DNA of 64,000 bases, taken from the NCBI GenBank assembly GCA_023386645.1, contig JAEWJI010000007.1, forward strand, positions 4,243-68,242, given 5' to 3'. Shown here in pieces: positions 54,133-63,520 of the stretch. Source of the DNA: Pseudomonadota bacterium. GTDB taxonomy: Bacteria > Pseudomonadota > Alphaproteobacteria > Caulobacterales > Caulobacteraceae. Position 1 is the stretch's first letter. The number at the start of each line of letters is the position of its first letter. The position numbers and the translations under genes were made by a program. The notes below the pieces were generated by a model. The model was not told the DNA's origin and made no database searches. It saw only the letters and a list, made by a program, of their open reading frames with translations.

Positions 54133-55346
54133 CCTCCCGCCCGTCCGAAGGCCTCGATCACCGGCCGGAACATCGGGTTCGGCCGACCGGCGGCGTCGAA
54201 CAGCAGCATGGAATCCTTGCCGTCGTCCTGGGCCTCGCGGCGCAGCCAGCTGTCGGTGTCCCGTAGGCCCCAGGTGGTGAAGGCGTAGCGCTGGCGTTCC
54301 GGCAGGGCCATGAAGGCCTCCGCATAGGCGCCGACCAGCGCCACCTGCTGCGCCCGCTTCTGCTTGTCCGACCGCAGGTCCGGCATCCGCCCCTCGCGCC
54401 GCATCGAGGCGTCCAGCTCCGAGACGTGGATCGGGAGGCCGAGCGAGGCCGCATCGCGCATGAAGGCGCTGATCTGCGATGGCGCGATCTCCAGGTCCAG
54501 GTGCGCCTGTGTCCCGATGCCGGTGATGGGCACGCCCAGTTCCAGCAACCGCTCGACCAGTCTCAGGAAGGTCGCGCCCTTCTTGGGCAGGTTCTCCAGA
54601 TTGTATTCGTTTAGGAACAGCACCGCGTCCGGATCGGCCGCCCGTGCCTGTTCGAAGGCCCGCACGATATAGGCCTCCTGGCCGCCCAGCCGCTCGGACC
54701 ACAGGCAGTCGCGCAGGCCGTCCCCGTCCTCGGCCACCGGCTCGTTGACCACGTCCCAGCCCGCCATCCGCCCGGCGTAGCGGCCGGCCACCGTCTGGAT
54801 GTAGCGGTCGTACTCGGCCAGGAACGCCGGCCCGTGCAGCCGCTCGAACCGGGGCGCGGTCTGGGAATACCAGACCAGCACATGGCCATGCAGCCGCAGG
54901 CCGTGCTCGCGCGCGAAGTCGGCGATCCGGTCCGGCGCCTCGAACCGGTATCCCGTTTCGTCCTGCAGCACATACTCGGGCTTCAGCTCCCACTCCGGCG
55001 TCAGCTGATCCAGCTGCCGCAGGGCGAGATCGACCCAGGTCGGATCATCGAGGAACGCGGACGGAACCGCAGCCCCGATGGGGAAGGGGGCCGCATCCTT
55101 CAGGCTCGGCGCCGCCCCGCTATCCGCCCGCGCGGCCTCCGGCCCCTGACACGCGGCCAGCGCGAGGCCCGACATCAGGACGGAACGGCGGGAGAAGGTG
55201 CTCGCGCGCCCTTCTCTCCGCTCACCCCCGCGAAGGCGGGGGCCCAGGTTTTCAACTTCGATCTTCGGCGCCGGGATCTGGCAGTCGTCGTGGCGCCCCT
55301 GGGTCCCCGCCTTCGCGGGGATGAGCGGATGAATGGGACGAGTCAT
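54129..55346 (-). CDS. GH10 endo-1,4-beta-xylanase (Tat/lipoprotein signal; start uncertain)
   Basis: GH10 catalytic motifs WDVVNEP and IHVSELD. FSRRSVLMSGLALAAC is a twin-arginine motif plus lipobox. The only in-frame canonical starts are ATG 55175, which deletes the RR motif, or ATG 55346/55364, which read through a repeat element. Confidence 0.75.
   Translation of the reverse strand: MTRPIHPLIPAKAGTQGRHDDCQIPAPKIEVENLGPRLRGGERREGRASTFSRRSVLMSGLALAACQGPEAARADSGAAPSLKDAAPFPIGAAVPSAFLDDPTWVDLALRQLDQLTPEWELKPEYVLQDETGYRFEAPDRIADFAREHGLRLHGHVLVWYSQTAPRFERLHGPAFLAEYDRYIQTVAGRYAGRMAGWDVVNEPVAEDGDGLRDCLWSERLGGQEAYIVRAFEQARAADPDAVLFLNEYNLENLPKKGATFLRLVERLLELGVPITGIGTQAHLDLEIAPSQISAFMRDAASLGLPIHVSELDASMRREGRMPDLRSDKQKRAQQVALVGAYAEAFMALPERQRYAFTTWGLRDTDSWLRREAQDDGKDSMLLFDAAGRPNPMFRPVIEAFGRAGG
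55217..55329. repeat. REP-like inverted doublet, second copy
   Basis: The arms tccgctcacccccgcgaaggcgggggcccag (55217..55247) and ctgggtccccgccttcgcggggatgagcgga (55299..55329) match the arms of 12725..12839. The interior differs. Confidence 0.85.
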
Positions 55347-55389
55347 GCGCGCATCATCTCTCATCAGGATGAAGCGACCGTCACCACTT

Positions 55390-55544
55390 CTCCCTTCCCC
55401 TCGAGGGGGAAGGGCTGGGGATGGGGTGGAGGCAATCAGTGTCAGAAAGCGGCGCGGAGGCTCAGTCTTCTCTGGAGCCCGCCGAGTCTCAAGCGGCGTT
55501 GAGCCTGCCTCCACCCCACCCAACCCTCCCCCTCGAGGGGAGGG
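55390..55544. repeat. MITE-like element with about 40-bp inverted arms
   Basis: Left arm ctcccttcccctcgagggggaagggctggggatggggtggaggca. Right arm tgcctccaccccacccaaccctccccctcgaggggaggg. Each arm is palindromic around tcga/ctcgag. Confidence 0.75.
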
Positions 55545-55556
55545 CTTTCAGGGGGG

Positions 55557-55967
55557 TCAGGCGCTGCGCCGCCGCAGACCCATCTCGTCGAACCGCGCGG
55601 TCTCGCGCTTGTTGGCGGCGATCACCGCGTTCAGCCGGGTCGTCTCGGCCACATGCTCGAACTTCTTCAGCTCCTCGAACGCGCCGGTCAGGGCGTCCCG
55701 CGCCCCGTCTTCCTCGGCCTCGAGCGCGACCACATCCCCTTCGGCCGCCGACTTCCGCATCTTCCAGCCATTCAGATAGGCCTGGAGCAGAATCCCGGCG
55801 TCCGCGTCGGCCCGGGCGCGTTCGCGCTCCACCTCGACCTCGGCGTCCAGCACCGCCAGCCGCATCTCGGCCGAAGCCCGTCTCGCGGTGATCTCGGCCA
55901 GGCGTTTCTGCAGGGTCTCGACCTCATAGGTCGAAATGCGGATCAGGGACTGCGCCCATGCGGTCAT
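55557..55967 (-). CDS. fliJ: flagellar export protein FliJ
   Basis: 136 aa coiled-coil from ATG 55967 (GAGGGA RBS). ARDALTGAFEELKKFEHVAE is FliJ-like. Same strand as fliI. Confidence 0.78.
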   Translation of the reverse strand: MTAWAQSLIRISTYEVETLQKRLAEITARRASAEMRLAVLDAEVEVERERARADADAGILLQAYLNGWKMRKSAAEGDVVALEAEEDGARDALTGAFEELKKFEHVAETTRLNAVIAANKRETARFDEMGLRRRSA

Positions 55968-56058
55968 CAGCTCGGTTCCCTCAACCCTCGGACCGGGCCG
56001 AAGCCGATCCCGCCACACCGCTAGGATTGCGGCCGACCCGGTAAACGAAACGGAAAGA

Positions 56059-57018
56059 TCAGTCGTCCGACGCCTTCAGATGGGCGTCGAAGAAGCGCAC
56101 GACCTCGGCGCTGAACCGCGCCTTGAAGGCCGCCCGGTCGAAACCGTCGGCCGAGACGCACAGCGGCGGCGGCAGCATCGAGCCCGGGCCGCAGGCTTCC
56201 AGAAAGTCCAGATGCCCGGCCTGCGCCTCGACCCGATAGTCGACCGCCCCGCCCAGGCCGTCGCGGATCGGCTCGACGTGGAAGGGCGAGGGCAGAACCT
56301 GATCCAGTCCGGCGCGCCACAGCTGCACGGGCACGGTGACGGCGGCCAGGCTGTCGGCGGTGAAGGCCATGCCGAACCCCGGCGCCGCGACCACCGCCGC
56401 GCGGATCCGGCTGTCGCGCGCCTCGGGGCGCCAGTCAGCCGGGACCGGCGGCTGGGAGGCCAGCAGGCCGCAGGCGAACTGTTCGGCGTGCCCGACGCAA
56501 TGCGCCTGGATGGCGTCCAGGTCGGCCGCGCCGCCGATGGCCTGGGTCACCGTGAACCCGCCCGCCGAGAAGCCGAAGGCTCCGATCCGCTCCGGATCGA
56601 CCGCGACCGGCCCGCTCCATGCCCCCGTCATATGGTCGATCAGGGCCGACAGCTGCGGGGCCCGGCCGGTCAGGGCGGTGGCCCGGCTGTCGTCGTCGAA
56701 GGTGTCGCCCGGATGGCTCAGCGCCGCGACCACATAGCCGGCGTCCGCCAGGGCCTCGGCGGTGTCGTCATGGGCCCCGAACCAGGCCCCGTTGCCGTGG
56801 GACATGACGATCAGGGGGCGCGGCCGGTCGGCTGCGCCGTCTTCCGGCAGCCAGACCCCGGCCGTGATCGTCTCGCCGCCCTGCCCCTGGAACTGGAAGG
56901 TCTGGTCGGCGACCTGGGCCTGGGCCCAAGCGGGCGAAGACAGGGTCAGAAGCGCGGCGAGGGCGCTGGCGGCGGCGAGAAACGGACGGATCGGAGGGCT
57001 CCCTGGAAGGACGGTCAG
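56059..57018 (-). CDS. secreted alpha/beta hydrolase (dienelactone hydrolase-like)
   Basis: GFSAGG nucleophile elbow, a late His, and a hydrolase-fold pattern. The first canonical start (ATG 56805) would remove a perfect Sec signal peptide ([23 protein letters not shown]) encoded upstream in frame. The feature is therefore extended to CTG 57018, which overlaps the fliI TGA. ATC 56991 is an alternative. Confidence 0.65.
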   Translation of the reverse strand: MTVLPGSPPIRPFLAAASALAALLTLSSPAWAQAQVADQTFQFQGQGGETITAGVWLPEDGAADRPRPLIVMSHGNGAWFGAHDDTAEALADAGYVVAALSHPGDTFDDDSRATALTGRAPQLSALIDHMTGAWSGPVAVDPERIGAFGFSAGGFTVTQAIGGAADLDAIQAHCVGHAEQFACGLLASQPPVPADWRPEARDSRIRAAVVAAPGFGMAFTADSLAAVTVPVQLWRAGLDQVLPSPFHVEPIRDGLGGAVDYRVEAQAGHLDFLEACGPGSMLPPPLCVSADGFDRAAFKARFSAEVVRFFDAHLKASDD

Positions 57019-58358
57019 TCCCTTATCATGCCCTGGTTCAGAATGGTTTCCAGTCGCTGGAACGACGCGGCCAGCCCAGACGTCTCTTCCGGCCTCTGGC
57101 TCAGGAACTCCTCCAGCGAGGGGTTCAGCGCGATGGCCCGGTCCACGATCGGGTCGGCGCCGGAGCGGTAGGCGCCGATCTTGATCAGCTCCTCCATGTT
57201 CGCATAGGCGCTCAAACTCATCCGGGCCCGCTTGTTCAGCTCCCGCTCGGCCTCGGTCTGGCAGGCGGGCATGGTCCGGCTGACGGACTTCAGCACGTCG
57301 ATGGCCGGAAACCGTCCGCGCTCCGCGATCTTGCGGTCCATCACGATGTGGCCGTCCAGGATGCCTCGAACCGCGTCGGCGATCGGTTCGTCGTGGTCGC
57401 CTCCGTCCACCAGAACGGTGAACAGGGCGGTGATCGGCCCCGCCGTCGTCCCGTCGGGCCTGACCGGCCCCGGCCCCGCCCGCTCCAGCAGCTTGGGCAG
57501 TTCGGTGAATACGGTCGGCGTATAGCCCTTGGTCGTCGGCGGCTCGCCGGCGGCCAGGCCGATCTCGCGCTGGGCCATGGCGAAGCGGGTGACGCTATCC
57601 ATCAGGCACAGGACCTCCAGGTCCTGGTCGCGCAGGAACTCGGCGCAGGCCATGGTCATATAGGCCGCCTGGCGCCGCTTCAGCGCCGGCTCGTCACTCG
57701 TCGCCACCACCACGATGGCGCGACGCAGGCCCTCTTCGCCGAGCGTCTCCTCTATGAACTCCCGGACCTCCCTGCCCCGTTCGCCGATCAGGCCGACCAC
57801 CACCGCGTCGCAGGTCGCCTGCTTCGCCAGCATGGACAGCAGCACCGACTTGCCGACGCCCGAGCCGGCGAAGATGCCCAGCCTCTGGCCCCGGCAGGTG
57901 GTGGTGAACACGTCCATGGCCCGCACGCCCAGGTCCAGCCGCTCGCCCACCCGCCCGCGCGAATGGGCCGCCGGCGGCGCGGCGCGCAGGGGATAGGGCG
58001 CCGGTCCCTGGGGCAGGGGGCCCTTGCCGTCGATGGGGTTTCCAAAGGCGTCGATGATCCGGCCCAGCCAAGCGGTCGTGGGCCGCACCGCCGCCCCGGC
58101 CTGGACGATGCGGATGTCCGCCCCCGGCGCGACGCCTTCGACTGGCCCATAGGGCATCAGCAGGGCCTTGGCGTCGCGGAACCCGACCACCTCGGCCGGC
58201 AGGGCCTCGGCGCCCCTGCGCCCGATCTCGGCCCGCGCCCCCACGGCCAGCCGGCTCAGGCCGCCCCGCGCCTCGATCAACAGGCCGGAGACGCCCGCCA
58301 CCTTCCCCGTGACCACCAACGGGTCCACGGCCTCCACGGCGGCGATCAGGTTGCGCAT
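57015..58358 (-). CDS. fliI: flagellum-specific ATP synthase FliI
   Basis: 447 aa. Walker [11 protein letters not shown]. Typical T3SS ATPase core. Confidence 0.95.
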   Translation of the reverse strand: MRNLIAAVEAVDPLVVTGKVAGVSGLLIEARGGLSRLAVGARAEIGRRGAEALPAEVVGFRDAKALLMPYGPVEGVAPGADIRIVQAGAAVRPTTAWLGRIIDAFGNPIDGKGPLPQGPAPYPLRAAPPAAHSRGRVGERLDLGVRAMDVFTTTCRGQRLGIFAGSGVGKSVLLSMLAKQATCDAVVVGLIGERGREVREFIEETLGEEGLRRAIVVVATSDEPALKRRQAAYMTMACAEFLRDQDLEVLCLMDSVTRFAMAQREIGLAAGEPPTTKGYTPTVFTELPKLLERAGPGPVRPDGTTAGPITALFTVLVDGGDHDEPIADAVRGILDGHIVMDRKIAERGRFPAIDVLKSVSRTMPACQTEAERELNKRARMSLSAYANMEELIKIGAYRSGADPIVDRAIALNPSLEEFLSQRPEETSGLAASFQRLETILNQGMIRD

Positions 58359-58378
58359 CCGACAGCCTTGCGGCCGGC

Positions 58379-58386
58379 ATGGTTAA
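58379..58386 (-). promoter_or_regulatory. exact TTAACCAT (CtrA half-site 8-mer) upstream of fliI
   Basis: The minus strand reads gcaTTAACCATgccggccgcaaggctgtcggATG. The 8-mer ends 20 nt before the annotated fliI ATG. Confidence 0.4.
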
Positions 58387-58406
58387 TGCGTCGTTAGACC
58401 TTCCGC

Positions 58407-58564
58407 TTTCGTCATCCTCCGGCAAGCCGCGCAGCGGTGCAGACCGGAGGACCCAGCGGCGCGCGCGAGCGCGAAACTGCCGCGCGCGCTGCTCTGGGCG
58501 GAAGGATCGCCTGCGGCGCCGCTGGGTCCTCCGGTCTCGCGACGCTCGCCGTAGGATGACGAAA
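58407..58564. repeat. MITE-like palindromic element between fliI and the M48 peptidase gene
   Basis: Outer arms tttcgtcatcct (58407) and aggatgacgaaa (58553). Inner 22-nt arms agaccggaggacccagcggcgc (58441) and gcgccgctgggtcctccggtct (58516) are perfectly complementary. Confidence 0.8.
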
Positions 58565-58568
58565 GACC

Positions 58569-59318
58569 TCAGTTCCAGCCGCGCTCGCGGATATAGCCCT
58601 CCAGCGCCTGGATCCGGCTGGCGTCCGACGGGTGGGTGGAGGCGAACTCCGGCCGGCTGGTTCCCTGCTGGGCCATCAGCCGCCACAGGGCCACCGACTG
58701 CGACGGCCGGAACCCGGCCGCCGCCATATAGTCCACGCCCAGCCGGTCGGCCTCCAACTCGTCGCGGCGGGAGTAGGGCAGCAGCAGCCCGAACTGGGCC
58801 GCCACCGCCCCGAACGAGCCGACCTGCTCGCCGCGCGATCCGGCGACCCCTTGCGCCACCGACAGGCCGAGGTTGGTCAAGGCGGTCGAGGAGGCGCGCT
58901 CGGCCGCATGCTGGGCGGTGACGTGCGCCATTTCGTGGCCGATGACGGTGGCCAGCTGGTCGTCGTTCTGGACCAGCGACAGCAGGCCCGACGTCACCCC
59001 GATCTGGCCCGACGGCAGGACGAAAGCGTTGGGGCTGGCGCTGTTGAACACCGCGTATTCCCAGGCCCGCCCGCCCAGACCGGCGGCCTGGGCCAACCGG
59101 TCGCCGACGCGCCGGATGCGATCGACCTGAGCGCCGCCGCGGGTCGCGTTCTGGGTGCGCAGCAGCTCCTGCCAGGCCGCCCGCGACTGCTGCTCCAGCC
59201 CCGCGCTGTCGGTCAGGATCAACTGGTTGCGCCCCAGCGCCTCGTTATATGCGCAGCCGGCGAGGGCCGAGGCGGACACGGCGGCGGCGAGGATCAGGAC
59301 GAGGGGGCGGGCGGCCAT
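58569..59318 (-). CDS. M48 family metallopeptidase lipoprotein
   Basis: Lipobox SALAGC. HEMAHV zinc motif and downstream ELEADRLG. ATG 59318. Confidence 0.88.
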   Translation of the reverse strand: MAARPLVLILAAAVSASALAGCAYNEALGRNQLILTDSAGLEQQSRAAWQELLRTQNATRGGAQVDRIRRVGDRLAQAAGLGGRAWEYAVFNSASPNAFVLPSGQIGVTSGLLSLVQNDDQLATVIGHEMAHVTAQHAAERASSTALTNLGLSVAQGVAGSRGEQVGSFGAVAAQFGLLLPYSRRDELEADRLGVDYMAAAGFRPSQSVALWRLMAQQGTSRPEFASTHPSDASRIQALEGYIRERGWN

Positions 59319-59470
59319 GACGTGGTCTCCGTCGTTCGAGGGGATGCGGCCGCAAAACGGACCGCCCCCGGCGCCGGTTCCGGTGACAAGCCCGCCCCGC
59401 TTGCGCCCGCCTCCGCCCCGCCTATGTCCCAGGGCGCGGCCTCCCCGCCGCCCGACCGCCGCATTGGAGA

Positions 59471-59500
59471 AGTTGGAGTCTCTTTTTCCGGACTCCAACT
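59471..59500. promoter_or_regulatory. 10-bp perfect inverted repeat upstream of cysK carrying two GANTC motifs
   Basis: agttggagtc-tctttttccg-gactccaact, 28 nt before the cysK ATG. It contains GAGTC and GACTC. Confidence 0.45.
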
Positions 59501-59527
59501 CCGCCCCTCACCTCAGGACCCCTCCCC

Positions 59528-60520
<993 letters not shown>

Positions 60521-60572
60521 GCGCCGATCCGCTCTCACCCCCGATTAACCTCGCGGGCCTAACCTGCGGCCC

Positions 60573-61796
60573 ATGGTCCAGCCGGTGACTGTCGAATTCG
60601 AGGACGAGGCGGCGCCGGAGCCCCGGTATCGGGCGCGGCATGCGCTGCTGAAGCGGCTGGCCGACGTGGTCTCCCTGCCGGGCAGCCGTGTGAACGCCTT
60701 CGAGCGGTCGGTGACCGGCGACCTGCTGGTCGAGATGCTGCGCCTGGCCTCGGTCGAGGACCGGCGACGAGTGGCCGCGCGGCTCGCCCCACTGGCCGAA
60801 CTGCCCAACAGCGTGGCGCGGCTGCTGCTGCGCGACGAACTGCCGGTGGCGGGCCCGCTGATCGAACAGTGCGCGGCCCTGACCGACGCCGACCTGATCG
60901 CCGTGGCGCGGGACGCCTCGGTCGAGCACCGCTGCCTGATCGCGGGCCGGCGGGGGGTGTCGGAGGTGGTCACCGAGACCCTGATCGGATTCGGCGAGCG
61001 CCAGGTGCTGGATGCGGTGCTTCGCAATCCCACCGCTCGCCTGTCCCAGCCGGGCGTCGAGAACATCGTCAGCCTCAGCCGCGTGTATCCGGAGCTGTGC
61101 CCGAGCCTGCTGCGCCGACCCGAACTTCGGCCGTCCGGGGCCTATGTCATGTTCTGGTGGTCCGGCCCGGACGAGCGCCGCACCATCCTCCAGCGCTTCG
61201 CCGTCTCGCGCGAGGTGATGCAGGAGGTGGTCGAGGACGTCTTCGCCATGGCCGCGGAGGAGGGCTGGGCCGACCCGGTGTCGAGGAAGGCGCTACAGTT
61301 CATCGAGCGCCGCCAGCGGAACCGCGCCGCCGTCGCCAAGAGCCCGTTCGACAGCCTGGAGCACGCCGTCCTGACCGGCGCCCAGCAGGGCCTCAGCCGC
61401 GAGGTGGCCTCCGAGATCGCCTATCTGGCGGGGATCAAGCCCCTGACCGGGGCCAAGATCCTGGGCGACATGGGCGGGGAGCCGGCCGCCATCTTGTGCA
61501 AGGCCACCGGCCTGACCAAGGCGGACCTGACCAACCTGTGGCGCTCGATGCGCCGCCCCGAGACCAGCCCCGACGGGACCGTGCATCCGGTGTGGGAACG
61601 GGTCCAGGTGACCTACGACATGCTGGCCGTCGACCGGGCCCAGACGGTGCTGCGCTACTGGAACTGGTCGCTGTCCTCGGCCCTGACCCCGGCCTTGCTG
61701 CAGGCCATCCGGGCGGGCGAGGAGGGCGCCATCGACGAATATTCGGCGCCGGAGCGGGCGGCGATGATGGCCCTGGCGGAAGACTTCGGCCGCTGA
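60573..61796 (+). CDS. DUF2336 domain protein
   Basis: 407 aa. HEAT-like repeats and the C-terminal TVLRYWNW motif typical of DUF2336 as I remember it. Confidence 0.75.
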   Translation: MVQPVTVEFEDEAAPEPRYRARHALLKRLADVVSLPGSRVNAFERSVTGDLLVEMLRLASVEDRRRVAARLAPLAELPNSVARLLLRDELPVAGPLIEQCAALTDADLIAVARDASVEHRCLIAGRRGVSEVVTETLIGFGERQVLDAVLRNPTARLSQPGVENIVSLSRVYPELCPSLLRRPELRPSGAYVMFWWSGPDERRTILQRFAVSREVMQEVVEDVFAMAAEEGWADPVSRKALQFIERRQRNRAAVAKSPFDSLEHAVLTGAQQGLSREVASEIAYLAGIKPLTGAKILGDMGGEPAAILCKATGLTKADLTNLWRSMRRPETSPDGTVHPVWERVQVTYDMLAVDRAQTVLRYWNWSLSSALTPALLQAIRAGEEGAIDEYSAPERAAMMALAEDFGR

Positions 61797-61942
61797 GACG
61801 AAAAGCGCCTGTTCAGCCGATGTGCTGGTTTCGCCACGCGCAAATCAATGCCGTGGATCGGCGTTTGCTTTCAGAGCCAAACAACCCTATTGAGCGCGCG
61901 ATCAACCGCAGATGTTGCGGCGTGAAATAATCTGAGGTTCCG

Positions 61943-62395
61943 ATGGTGGATACGGTCAACGGGGACGACAAGTCCGCGCTTCTGGAGATGACGGCGGATA
62001 TCGTGTCCGCCTATGTCGGCAACAACAGCGTCTCGGCCAACGAAGTGCCCGGCCTGATCGCCAGCATTCACGGGGCCCTGTCGCAGGTGTCCGGCGGCGC
62101 GGTCGAGCCCGAGCCCGAGCCCAAGGAGCCGGCGGTGCCGATCCGCAAGTCGATCAGCCCGGACTTCCTGGTCTGCCTGGAGGACGGCCGCAAGTTCAAG
62201 TCGCTGAAGCGGCACCTGCGCACCAAGTACGACATGAGCCCGGAAGAGTATCGGGCCAAGTGGGGCCTGGCCAAGGACTATCCGATGGTCGCCCCCAACT
62301 ACGCCAAGGCCCGCTCGGACCTGGCCAAGCAGATGGGCCTGGGCCAGGGCGGCCGCAAACCCGCCCGCGCCGCCGGCGGCCGCGCTAAGAAGTAA
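61943..62395 (+). CDS. mucR: MucR/Ros family zinc-finger transcriptional regulator
   Basis: LVCLEDGRKFKSLKRHLRTKYDMSPEEYRAKWGL is the Ros/MucR core. AT-richer upstream region. Confidence 0.9.
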   Translation: MVDTVNGDDKSALLEMTADIVSAYVGNNSVSANEVPGLIASIHGALSQVSGGAVEPEPEPKEPAVPIRKSISPDFLVCLEDGRKFKSLKRHLRTKYDMSPEEYRAKWGLAKDYPMVAPNYAKARSDLAKQMGLGQGGRKPARAAGGRAKK

Positions 62396-62418
62396 TCTCG
62401 GCCCAGGTCGAAGATCAG

Positions 62419-62454
62419 AGGCCCGCTTCCGGCGACGGAGGCGGGCCTTGCTGT
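62419..62454 (+). terminator. terminator-like hairpin after mucR
   Basis: aggcccgcttccg-gcga-cggaggcgggcct followed by tgctgt. Confidence 0.5.
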
Positions 62455-62471
62455 AATGGAGCTCGGGGACG

Positions 62472-62894
62472 ATGAATCAGGCGGCGGTGAAGGGGCTGAG
62501 CCACCTGACGCTGGCGGTGACGGATCTCGACAGATCCATCGCCTTCTACCGTGATCTGCTGGGCTGTCGGCTTCGGGCGGTCTGGGAGGACGGGGCCTAT
62601 CTCGAAGTCGGATCGCTGTGGCTCTGCCTGTCGGTCGACGCTGCGGCCGCGTCAGCCCGGCGCGAGGACTACACCCACTACGCCTTCGCCATCGAGGCGG
62701 AAGACTTCGAGGCGGCGGCGGATCGCATCGCCCGACGCGCCAGGCTCTGGAAAACCAACGCCAGCGAGGGCGCTTCGCTCTATTTCCTTGATCCCGACAA
62801 CCACCGGCTCGAACTCCATGTCGGAGACCTTGAGACCCGACTTGCCCACTATCGCGCCCGTGGCGACTGTCGGGTGCGGATTCCGGACGCCTGA
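62472..62894 (+). CDS. fosA: FosA-type glutathione transferase (fosfomycin-resistance family, VOC fold)
   Basis: [38 protein letters not shown] align with FosA metal ligands and the K-loop as I remember the FosA sequence. Confidence 0.75.
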   Translation: MNQAAVKGLSHLTLAVTDLDRSIAFYRDLLGCRLRAVWEDGAYLEVGSLWLCLSVDAAAASARREDYTHYAFAIEAEDFEAAADRIARRARLWKTNASEGASLYFLDPDNHRLELHVGDLETRLAHYRARGDCRVRIPDA

Positions 62895-62896
62895 TC

Positions 62897-63439
62897 TCAC
62901 GCCGGATGGTCCGGGGGCAGGCCGTCTACGACCAGCCGACCGCCCGTGTAGCGGACGTCGTCGGTGACCTCCCGAACGGCGAAGTCGGGCATGGGATAGG
63001 CCTGCATGGCCTCCTCGGTCTCGAACTCCGCCTCCGCCATGATCAGGCCCGACAGCGCGCCCGCGAATACATCGACGAACACATCGGCGCCGCCGATCCG
63101 GCCCAGCGAGTGGCGGGTCTTCTCCAGCACCCGTCCCGGCAGGTCCGACAGCAGGCGGAACTCCTCCGGCGACAGGTAGATGGACGTCAGCAGCCGCACC
63201 GAGGGACTGACGTCGGCCTTGCGGCCCAGCCTCAACAGGGGCGGCCCGCCGTCGGCCGAGATCGCCTGACGCAGCCGAAGCTGGGTCCCGGTCACATAGA
63301 GGTCCTTGTACGTCTCGGCGCTCAGAACCCGGTCGAAGGGCACGGCCCCGCACAGCCAGCGCCGCTCCCGCTCCACCCAGGCGTACTTCGACTTGGGCCA
63401 ACCCAGGGCCGCGGCGGTTGTCGGGTCGATCTCGGTCAT
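62897..63439 (-). CDS. CYTH domain protein
   Basis: N-terminal ERERRWL (ExExK-like) and later AEAEFETEE strands resemble CYTH/triphosphate tunnel enzymes. Confidence 0.65.
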   Translation of the reverse strand: MTEIDPTTAAALGWPKSKYAWVERERRWLCGAVPFDRVLSAETYKDLYVTGTQLRLRQAISADGGPPLLRLGRKADVSPSVRLLTSIYLSPEEFRLLSDLPGRVLEKTRHSLGRIGGADVFVDVFAGALSGLIMAEAEFETEEAMQAYPMPDFAVREVTDDVRYTGGRLVVDGLPPDHPA

Positions 63440-63520
63440 GTCGCGCCCTCCCTTCCCCAGAGCGTCCGCCCTCCATTCCCGGCGGCCGTTCGCGGACGTC
63501 CAGCTCGGTTCGCCTCCGCC

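Noticed and set aside
55347-55523. Farthest upstream extension of the xylanase ORF
   Set aside because: It runs through the MITE-like element 55390..55544 and translates as repeat-derived peptide (PSPALPPRGEGRSGDG). It is unlikely to be coding.
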